Source: Nostoc punctiforme PCC 73102 (GTDB taxonomy: Bacteria; Cyanobacteriota; Cyanobacteriia; Cyanobacteriales; Nostocaceae). Taken from it: a stretch of DNA of 32,000 nt. Under the pieces are notes generated by a model, which was not told the origin of the DNA, ran no database searches, and saw only the letters and a list, made by a program, of their open reading frames with translations. Where the stretch lies: positions 3,510,001 to 3,542,000 of the forward strand of contig NC_010628.1 of the NCBI RefSeq assembly GCF_000020025.1. The letters run 5' to 3'. Positions 24,473 through 32,000 of the stretch are shown piece by piece. Every line of letters starts with the position of its first letter. Position 1 is the first letter of the stretch. The translations under genes were made by a program, and so were the position numbers.

Positions 24473-25586
24473 ATTTAGATAATACAATGTTACGAAACTG
24501 AATATCTTTAAGTGATTTAGGTGAGTCAAATCCTTCTGCTTCAATATTAAGGACTTGTACTTTATTGACTTGTGAAGGAATCTCTAGAAAATTAACACTC
24601 AGCCTAACATTAGCATTTTGGATAAGTTGTGGACTAACGTAAGAAGTGTCTTTAACTGCATCAATCTCAACTGACTCAGCAGGATATGTGATGCCCTCTA
24701 AATCCAAGAATTTACTTCTCTTAGAGGGATAATTAGCGTATATTTTAAGTACTCTATCCTTGAGAGTATTTGTTATCAATACATCACATCTTACATTTTC
24801 ATTTAATCTTTTGCAGCTTTTAAGCTTAAAAATAAACCCTTCCACTTCGACCGTTTCTTGAGATCCTGTTTCTTGTTGAATACTTGGGTTACTCTTGTCA
24901 GGAACTGTAGGTGCAGGAGTTTTATTTGGTAAAGGATTTTCAAGAATAGTCTGAGGTATGGGTGTTGTTTTAATCGGATTTGGCAAATCAGTTTCAGCAG
25001 GTGATTGTGAGGTAACTTCAGAAGACTTTATAGTTTTTCCGCTAGATATATTTTCAGGACATTGTAGTTTTAAAAAACATCTAACTTCCGGAGTGGCAAT
25101 AGCAATAATTACACTTAATCCTGTTAATACTAGACCGAAAATAGCGATAAATTGATTAAAACCTACTTTTTTACTACGATATTTCAAAACTTTGTCTTGG
25201 ATAAGTCTCCAAAGTTTGACAATTTGCTCATTTTCGTGATCTCCATCCCAATTTAATAGATAAGCTGGTTGGATATCTAAAAATTCTCCAGGGACTTTAA
25301 TATTTTCAATTAATACAGGAATCAGAATCTTATTATTTTTTTTCGCTTCCAAAGCTAAACTTTTTAACAAGGCAGATTTTACAGAATTATTTGACCATAA
25401 AACTATGACAAATTTAGCTTTATCTAGCATTTCTGTTGTTTGATTTATGATTTTACTTCCTATAGAAATATTTTGTGCTTGCCAAACATCAATACTATAA
25501 TAATTTAAAGCATCTTCTAGGAGACTTGCTATAGCTTTATCCGATTCAGAGTAGAGCAAACAAACTTCATTTTGACGTGCGTTCAT
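24471..25586 (-). CDS. TIR-domain protein with a central transmembrane helix and a beta-rich C-terminal domain
   Basis: 371 aa. The N-terminus VCLLYSESDKAIASLLEDAL...IDVWQAQNISIGSKI...KAKFVIVLWSNNSVKSALLKSLALEA...ILIPVLIENIKVP matches the bacterial TIR_2 pattern. TM helix FIAIFGLVLTGLSVIIAIA, then a Pro/Thr-rich linker and a roughly 130-aa C-terminal domain. Confidence 0.75.
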   Translation of the reverse strand: MNARQNEVCLLYSESDKAIASLLEDALNYYSIDVWQAQNISIGSKIINQTTEMLDKAKFVIVLWSNNSVKSALLKSLALEAKKNNKILIPVLIENIKVPGEFLDIQPAYLLNWDGDHENEQIVKLWRLIQDKVLKYRSKKVGFNQFIAIFGLVLTGLSVIIAIATPEVRCFLKLQCPENISSGKTIKSSEVTSQSPAETDLPNPIKTTPIPQTILENPLPNKTPAPTVPDKSNPSIQQETGSQETVEVEGFIFKLKSCKRLNENVRCDVLITNTLKDRVLKIYANYPSKRSKFLDLEGITYPAESVEIDAVKDTSYVSPQLIQNANVRLSVNFLEIPSQVNKVQVLNIEAEGFDSPKSLKDIQFRNIVLSK

Positions 25587-25874
25587 TTATTATTTTCCTA
25601 ATTTTGCAAATTACTTAGCTCTCACCGAAATTTATGGTATTGATATATTGATATACTATAAATTAGATAATCAGCATTTTATGGAATTGTACACTAGTAA
25701 GAATCGACTTTTCAAACACTCAATTATGATAACTTATCTAAAAATTTTATGTAATACATATCATAGCTCAATGTGTGATTAGCTAGCTGGATAATGAGCA
25801 ATACCTTAAATGCTTTATTTTCCTGAAGATAAATTTTTATTCCATAAAAAATAAATATTAAACAAACACTACCG

Positions 25875-26675
25875 ATGCTTATAAAGAAGGCGATTTGGAG
25901 TTTTTGCTTAGTTGTTTCGTTCTTACTATGGAGTAGCGAAGCTCTTGCAGGAGAGTTGTCTGAACGGTTAGCAAATTTTCCTCAGTGGGAAAAATTAACT
26001 TCAGTGCAACAGGCTTCTGGTGATTTGGTTTACCCTGAATGGATGGCTGGTTCTTGGCAAGTTACCAGTACTTTAGTAGATTTAGCCGCACCTTTAGCAC
26101 CAGATATCGTAACTCCAGGGTTTGAAGGTAATCGCCGACAATTAAATCAGCCTGTGAGTTTTGTAGTAAGATTTGTGAAACAGCAACCACCTATTACTAG
26201 GTTAAAAATATTTCCTCAGATAGATTATAAATCCCCAATTTTAGTAGCAGATAGATCGTTTAATAGTTTGAACTTGGCACGGGCTTATTTAGGGGATGAA
26301 GCAGTGTTATCAGTCAAAGTAGATCCAGATTCACCTAATCGTCAGATTACATTCTTGCGTAGCAGTCACCAACTAGTTTCTATTGTGACTGCACGCGCTA
26401 CCGAAACTACCTCCGATGGCAAGTTCATCACTACAGAAGTGTTTCAACAATTATTTAAAGGCGGTTCACGCCCCTATTTAAACTCTGTAGAATCTACCAC
26501 TGCTTATCATAAACTTCCAACATCTAATCGGGCGATTAAAGCAGATCAAGTTACTGCTGTTTATCTTTCACCCCAAGATCCAGATTACTTTAAAGCTGGT
26601 TCTCAGCCAGTTGCTCTCTATCGCTATCGCCTCAAATTTTTCTCTCAAGAACTGCCAACTACTCCCAAAGAGTGA
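25875..26675 (+). CDS. Secreted conserved hypothetical protein
   Basis: 266 aa. Signal peptide WSFCLVVSFLLWSSEALAGE. No catalytic motif recognised. Confidence 0.6.
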   Translation: MLIKKAIWSFCLVVSFLLWSSEALAGELSERLANFPQWEKLTSVQQASGDLVYPEWMAGSWQVTSTLVDLAAPLAPDIVTPGFEGNRRQLNQPVSFVVRFVKQQPPITRLKIFPQIDYKSPILVADRSFNSLNLARAYLGDEAVLSVKVDPDSPNRQITFLRSSHQLVSIVTARATETTSDGKFITTEVFQQLFKGGSRPYLNSVESTTAYHKLPTSNRAIKADQVTAVYLSPQDPDYFKAGSQPVALYRYRLKFFSQELPTTPKE

Positions 26676-26762
26676 TTTGTCATCTAACTATTGACTCTAG
26701 TGTAATACGTCTGTAGTATATAAATTCCAAGTTTACGATCGCGCTCTTGGACGGTGTGCATC

Positions 26763-28583
26763 ATGGCCAAATTTCAAGATATTGTCAATTACTTTCGCTC
26801 TGACTGGAAGTTGAGTGTTTTCAGTATTACAGCATCTAGCATTTACGAAGTTATTGATTTAGTTGTACCTTATGCGATTGGACAGATTTTAAACGTTTTG
26901 TCTGCTCAACCTTTGGATAAACCACTTCAAAGTGCGATCGCAACTTTTTCTGACATCACCAATTACCCAGTTAATAAAACTCTATCTTTGAGTGTATTAC
27001 TGGGGTTAATTTTCGTTGTCACGGTAGTCAGAGCGCCTACACAACCTTGGTTAACCAATTGGTTTCATTGGGATATAGCTTTTAGGGCACGTCGAGAAAA
27101 AAACGAAACAGCGATCGCTAAAGTTCTGACTCTACCGCTAGAATTTTATGATGAAAATAACCCTGGACGTATTGCCGGAAGAGTAGCTAGAGGAATTTCT
27201 AACCACACTTGGGTGTATCCAGAAATTGCCGGACAGTTGATTCCTAAACTAGCTCGTGTACTGGGGATTTTTGTGTTTATCTTGTTCATTGAGTGGCGAA
27301 TTGCAATTTTATATCTAATTTCCTTTGTAATTATTCTCAGTTTCAGCTTGAAGAATTTGCAGCAGTTGATTGGGTACGAAAGTCGCCTGGATAAATATGG
27401 AGAGGACACCGAAAGCCGCACTTCCGAATTAATCACCAATATCAAAACGGTGAAAGCATTTGCGACAGAATCTAGAGAACTGAAACGGCAAAAGCAACGT
27501 TTGGATCGTGAACTAACAGTGCTTGATTATCGCATTCACAAAGGTTATACGATACTGGGTACTTGGCAAAGAACTGTAATTCAGTTTTGTGTGTTTACAA
27601 TTCTGGGTTTGACTTTAGCAGCAACAGTAAATGGGAGAATTTCTCTCGGTCACTTTGTCATGACCTTAACTCTTTCTAGTATGGCTTATGCCGAATTAGA
27701 ACCTATTAGTAGCTTGGCAGAAGTTTTTGCCCGTCGTTATTCTTCTATGCTGCGGTTTCACGAATTTCTGCAAGAGCCAACTGCATCTGATTCAGCTACT
27801 CTTTTAGAAGAGAGCAACCAGACAGAATCACCTTATAAATTTACTGGAAAAGTTGAGTTATCGCACCTCAGCTTTGGATATGATGCCAAGCATCAAGTTT
27901 TGCAAGATATTAACTTGTTGATTGAGCCATACCAAACAGTGGCATTAGTAGGGCGTTCCGGTTCTGGTAAATCTACTTTAGTGAAATTGCTGTTGCGATA
28001 TTTCGAACCTCAAGAAGGCCAAATTTTGATTGATGGTCAAGATATTCGGACTTTGGATGTGGGTAAGTATAGACGGAGATTAGCGATCGTTCACCAAGAA
28101 GTAGATGTTTTCAACGGTACGATATTGGATAATCTCACCTACGGCAGACCAAATGCTAGTTTGGAGGAGGTTCAGGAAGCTTGTAGAATTGCCAGAGTCG
28201 ATGAAGTAGTGCAGCACTTACCTAAAGGTTATTATACCGTCGTTGGGGAAAGAGGTGTCAGGTTATCTGGAGGACAAAGACAGCGCTTGGGAATTGCGAG
28301 GGCGTTGCTAGTGAACCCAGACGTGCTGATTTTTGACGAAGCCACCTCTAGCTTAGATTATGAATCTGAGCGTTCAATTCAGCTAGCAATGCGATCGATT
28401 CAGGGTACTTGCACCACTATTGTGATTGCCCACCGTTTAAGTACAGTGCGAGAAGCAGATAAAATTGTAGTTCTGGAGCAAGGAAAGATTGTAGAAGTGG
28501 GTAGCCACGATGAACTCTTGCATCAAGAAGGCATTTACCGCCGCTTGCACTCCCTACAAGAAACAGGAGAACTCCTAAGTTAG
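26763..28583 (+). CDS. ABC exporter, fused permease/ATPase (type I, MsbA-like); no C39 peptidase domain
   Basis: Walker A GRSGSGKST, signature LSGGQRQR, Walker B LIFDEATS, and an H-loop AHRL. The N-terminus goes straight into the TM region. The track start 26754 is GTG; the first ATG is 26763. Confidence 0.9.
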   Translation: MAKFQDIVNYFRSDWKLSVFSITASSIYEVIDLVVPYAIGQILNVLSAQPLDKPLQSAIATFSDITNYPVNKTLSLSVLLGLIFVVTVVRAPTQPWLTNWFHWDIAFRARREKNETAIAKVLTLPLEFYDENNPGRIAGRVARGISNHTWVYPEIAGQLIPKLARVLGIFVFILFIEWRIAILYLISFVIILSFSLKNLQQLIGYESRLDKYGEDTESRTSELITNIKTVKAFATESRELKRQKQRLDRELTVLDYRIHKGYTILGTWQRTVIQFCVFTILGLTLAATVNGRISLGHFVMTLTLSSMAYAELEPISSLAEVFARRYSSMLRFHEFLQEPTASDSATLLEESNQTESPYKFTGKVELSHLSFGYDAKHQVLQDINLLIEPYQTVALVGRSGSGKSTLVKLLLRYFEPQEGQILIDGQDIRTLDVGKYRRRLAIVHQEVDVFNGTILDNLTYGRPNASLEEVQEACRIARVDEVVQHLPKGYYTVVGERGVRLSGGQRQRLGIARALLVNPDVLIFDEATSSLDYESERSIQLAMRSIQGTCTTIVIAHRLSTVREADKIVVLEQGKIVEVGSHDELLHQEGIYRRLHSLQETGELLS

Positions 28584-28643
28584 GGAACATAATATTTTGG
28601 ATTTTGGATTTCAGGTTGACTCCATGAATTAATCCGCTTGATT

Positions 28644-28680
28644 AAATCGACTTTATTAACAATAAGGTCGATTTTTTAAT
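28644..28680 (+). terminator. Rho-independent terminator after the ABC exporter gene
   Basis: AAATCGAC (28644-28651) / GTCGATTT (28667-28674), continuing into a T tract (to 28677). Confidence 0.6.
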
Positions 28681-29105
28681 TATAATTAACACTATTACGT
28701 TACTACTAATTAATATATATCTAATAGCTTAAGTTCAGAATTTGTAATTTAATATCTATATATTCTATACAATATTAAAATTATCTCATTATAAAAATTT
28801 ACTATAAAAGGTGGTAGGAAGAAACTACCAATAGTAGCCTTTTAATAATCATTATAAATTATTGAATATTTAATTTTTTGGAAGTCTCAATTAGAATTAG
28901 CTATCCTCACGTTAGTACAAGGAATTGGCTATTTCTTGAAGTTGTTATTGAGATGTTAAAAACCAAGTACAGCATTTAACTAATTCGTAGCGAGTTAAAT
29001 TTGGCAAGACTCTGTGCCCCTACCCTGCGCGAAGGCAAAGCGCTTATGCACTTACCTTTGCTATCTACTGCGTTTAAAAACGCTACGATTTCACACAAAA
29101 GGGTA

Positions 29106-30062
29106 CTAAGATTTACTCTTATCTGCTTCTTTCTGCGCCGCCTCACTATATTTCTTATATAGTTGAGTCCGAATTTTAGCTTCCTGATAACGGCTGTGGT
29201 TTTGTGGCACCCTACTCATTAAATCTGAAGCTCGTTGCCACTTAGCAGCGATCTCTAGCCATTGAGTTGAGCTTGTGGCTGTTTTACCAGATGTAGAAGC
29301 TTGATTGGCAATTCGCACAGATATTGCAAATGGGTCATCAGATGTCTCATCAAAGCTATTGCTAGGAACACGAGATGGTGCTTGGGCTTTTCTCTGGTTA
29401 GTATTTTCTGTAGTTAAAGATTTGGAAGTTTGTGGTTGCATTAGGTTTTTCAGTTTATCACCTAGCTGGGCATAAACAATCCAACTAAGCAACAACAGCG
29501 AGCATAAACCAGCTGCTGCTAATACTTTGTTTTTAGATTTATTACTGTGTTTTTCTTGGTTAATAAGTACCAAAGGACGAGAAACTTGAGTTTTAGGAAA
29601 ATTTGGTTTTCCTAGGTCAGCTTGAGCTTCTGTAAAATCTTTAATTAATTGCTTTACAATATTAGGCTGAATTAAGGCAATTTCCTGTGACCAGAGCAAT
29701 TGGTTGTCGCGATCGCTATCTATCTCTTTTAACCATAGTAATTGTTGTTCTCGAACAATCCGACTGTTGATATTGACTCGGCGAATGTGACGCGGAGCAA
29801 TAGACTCAAGAATTTGCTGGATTTGTTCTACGAGGGAAGATTGCTCAAGTTGCTCTATCCTAGCCGCCTCGCACAGAAGTTGTAAGACACCATCAGAAAA
29901 AATGGCTCTAGTTCTGACACCAGATTTGGCTAGCTTTTCATTTAATAACTGAATAATCGCAGCAACGCTCCCTTGGTGAGCTTGCCAACCGATATCGTTT
30001 ATCCTGTCTACCATCTGAGGTTTGGTGATAACTCTTCCACCCTGACTGATTAACGTATTCAT
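29106..30062 (-). CDS. Hypothetical membrane-anchored protein
   Basis: 318 aa. Single TM VLAAAGLCSLLLLSWIVYAQL between a helical N-terminal domain and a Ser/Thr/Gln-rich region plus a C-terminal helical domain. No family recognised. Confidence 0.6.
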   Translation of the reverse strand: MNTLISQGGRVITKPQMVDRINDIGWQAHQGSVAAIIQLLNEKLAKSGVRTRAIFSDGVLQLLCEAARIEQLEQSSLVEQIQQILESIAPRHIRRVNINSRIVREQQLLWLKEIDSDRDNQLLWSQEIALIQPNIVKQLIKDFTEAQADLGKPNFPKTQVSRPLVLINQEKHSNKSKNKVLAAAGLCSLLLLSWIVYAQLGDKLKNLMQPQTSKSLTTENTNQRKAQAPSRVPSNSFDETSDDPFAISVRIANQASTSGKTATSSTQWLEIAAKWQRASDLMSRVPQNHSRYQEAKIRTQLYKKYSEAAQKEADKSKS

Positions 30063-30736
30063 TAATTTAGGGACTCTTTTCTACTGACCTTGATCTTGTC
30101 TTCGATTTTACGAGTAAAAAGATGAGTTGCCAAATAAAATCATAAAAGTCGAGCCTCCCTTCTCGGTTCGGTAAAGATGCTCGCTCGCGCTCAGTTAATT
30201 TAACACTCCCACGCTTAAAAAGCGTAAGATTCTTGAACTGAAACTGCGCTTTTAGGTTAACGCCGATACTGGCGGACGAGCTACCTGTTTGACATACTAC
30301 ATTATGATGTCTTTTGGCGATCGCATAAACTCAAGTTAAGTTAGCTAAATACTATCAGGTCGACACCAAAGGATGTTTAATGGCCAGTCGCTTCTCTGTA
30401 AGAGGCTACACCAAACTCCAACGCCTCTACACAACTAGTTCCTTCAACCTTTCCAACTGCGATTCTGCATATCTTGCTTGCGATTGGGCTTATTCCCTGG
30501 TTAATCTTTCCTGTTTCAGAGACACTTTCGCTGATATTTCTGGAAGTGTCATCCTGTCAGATATTAATCGCAAAGGAAACAAAATAGCTATATCAGGATA
30601 AATTTGTGAGTCATTCTCGCTTTTTTTTGCCTTTTTATCAGAATGGCAAGACTATTTAGTACAGCGATCGCTACATTAGAAGATATATATAAATAAAAAT
30701 CATTGTTGATTTTTCGTTCGCAGTTCACACAAAACC

Positions 30737-32000
30737 ATGAGTGCAAGTACCATTATTTCCGACAATCCCCTACTTCAAGGCGTTGGTTTACCTCCCTTTG
30801 CAGAGATTAAACCAGAACGAGTAGTACCAGCCTTCAATCAGTTGTTGGCAGAACTAGACCAGCAGCTTGCCACCTTAGAAGCTAGTGTACAGCCTACTTG
30901 GAGTGGTTTAGTAGAACCCTTAGAAAAGCTGACAGAAAGGCTTACCTGGAGTTGGGGGGTGGTGAATCATTTAATGGGTGTTAAAAATAGCCCGGAACTG
31001 CGCGAAGCTCATGAAATCGTACAGCCACTAGTTGTACAATTTATCAACAAGCTCGGTCAAAGTCAACCTATCTACAATGCTTTTAAAGCACTCCGTACCA
31101 GTGAGAATTGGGCAACTTTAGAATTAGCTCAACAGCGCATTGTAGAAGCCGCCATTCGAGATGCAGAACTTTCTGGTGTTGGCTTAGAAGGAGAGGTAAG
31201 AGAGCGTTTCAACGCCATACAAATGGAGTTAGCAGAACTTTCTACCAAATTTTCTAACCATGTACTTGATGCCACGAAAGCCTTCAGCTTAACCCTAACA
31301 ACACAAGCGGAAATTGAAGGTTTACCACCAAGCTTAGTGAGTCTAGCAGCTCAAGTTGCTCGTGCAGCAGGCGAAAGTAACGCCACACCAGAAAATGGCC
31401 CTTGGCGGATTACTTTAGACTTCCCCAGCTATGGCCCTTTCATGCAGCACAGCACCCGGCGAGATTTGCGTGAAAAGCTCTACAAAGCTCATATCACCCG
31501 CGCTTCTACTGGCGATTTAGATAACAACCCCTTAATTGAGCGCATTTTGAAGTTGCGCCAAGAACTCGCAGATATATTAGGCTTTAAAAGTTTTGCCCAA
31601 TTGAGTCTGGCTAGTAAAATGGCTCCTAATGTTGAGGCAGTCAACGCCCTATTAGAAGAACTACGCCATGCTAGTTATGATGCTGCTGTCAAAGACTTGG
31701 TAGAACTCAAAGCTTTTGCAGCAGCACAGGGAGCAGCAGAAGCTGAGGATTTAAAACACTGGGATATCAGCTTTTGGGCAGAACGCCAACGAGAAGCAAA
31801 ATTTGCCTTTACTGCTGAAGAATTGCGTCCCTACTTCCCGCTTCCCCAAGTGTTAGACGGCTTATTTGGATTAGTCAAGCGGCTGTTTGGTGTTACTGTC
31901 ACTTCTGCCGATGGTCAAGCCCCAGTCTGGCATGAGGATGTGCGTTATTTCCAAATTGCTGACGAAACTGGTTCTCCCATAGCCTACTTCTACTTAGACC
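30737..32000 (+). CDS. prlC: Oligopeptidase A (M3A family), 5' partial - runs off the window
   Basis: Not in the ORF track because it has no stop. ATG at 30737, open to 32000. MSASTIISDNPLLQGVGLPPFAEIKPERVVPAFNQLL...NHLMGVKNSPELREAH closely parallels the E. coli OpdA N-terminus (...LPPFSKIKPEHVVPA...HLNSVKNSPELREAY). Confidence 0.9.
   Translation, partial: MSASTIISDNPLLQGVGLPPFAEIKPERVVPAFNQLLAELDQQLATLEASVQPTWSGLVEPLEKLTERLTWSWGVVNHLMGVKNSPELREAHEIVQPLVVQFINKLGQSQPIYNAFKALRTSENWATLELAQQRIVEAAIRDAELSGVGLEGEVRERFNAIQMELAELSTKFSNHVLDATKAFSLTLTTQAEIEGLPPSLVSLAAQVARAAGESNATPENGPWRITLDFPSYGPFMQHSTRRDLREKLYKAHITRASTGDLDNNPLIERILKLRQELADILGFKSFAQLSLASKMAPNVEAVNALLEELRHASYDAAVKDLVELKAFAAAQGAAEAEDLKHWDISFWAERQREAKFAFTAEELRPYFPLPQVLDGLFGLVKRLFGVTVTSADGQAPVWHEDVRYFQIADETGSPIAYFYLD

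Noticed and set aside
26763-28583. The ABC exporter as the dedicated transporter of the double-glycine peptides.
   Set aside because: It has no N-terminal C39 peptidase domain, lies 20 kb away on the opposite strand, and is separated from the peptide genes by many unrelated housekeeping genes.
30149-30172. TCGAGCCTCCCTTCTCGGT looks like the T-loop/3' acceptor half of a tRNA, a possible att remnant of an integrated element.
   Set aside because: No complementary 5' T-stem (GGAGG) precedes it, there is no matching full tRNA or second direct repeat in the window, and there is no integrase nearby. The support is insufficient.
30380-30601. 73-aa plus-strand ORF upstream of prlC.
   Set aside because: There is no SD, no recognisable motif, and unremarkable composition. 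It lies in the promoter/5' region of prlC. The evidence is not enough to call a gene.

Overview
This looks like a chromosomal segment of a filamentous, Nostoc/Anabaena-like cyanobacterium: HIP1 GCGATCGC is frequent, heptameric STRR-type repeats sit at gene ends, and the gene content fits. From about 6.9 kb rightwards the window is mostly housekeeping and sensory genes. These are a secreted M16 peptidase pair, a TetR regulator, DUF4332, a PhzF-like protein, Xaa-Pro aminopeptidase, a 1060-aa histidine kinase with three tandem cyanobacteriochrome-like GAF domains, a DsbA-like isomerase, a Uma2 endonuclease, ffh-rpsP-KH, phoH, a ChuX-like protein, a TIR-transmembrane protein in an AT-rich islet, an ABC exporter, and the 5' part of oligopeptidase A, which runs off the window and is absent from the ORF track. 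The left 6.6 kb is the standout, all on the minus strand. It holds seven tandem, nearly identical 86-88-aa genes (374/380-bp period, with a 760-bp higher-order duplication) plus an eighth diverged paralog. All eight have a double-glycine-type leader and a Cys-free, Ser/Thr-containing C-terminal part. An intrinsic terminator follows them, then an APH-fold kinase and a protein I believe is HopA1-family. That enzyme pair dehydrates Ser/Thr in class V lanthipeptides and thioamitides, but here there is no Cys, cyclase or other known partner. I read this as a candidate undescribed RiPP-like system. A separate double-glycine-leader peptide with a highly charged cargo lies just upstream. All functional calls rest on motif recognition by eye; no searches were run.
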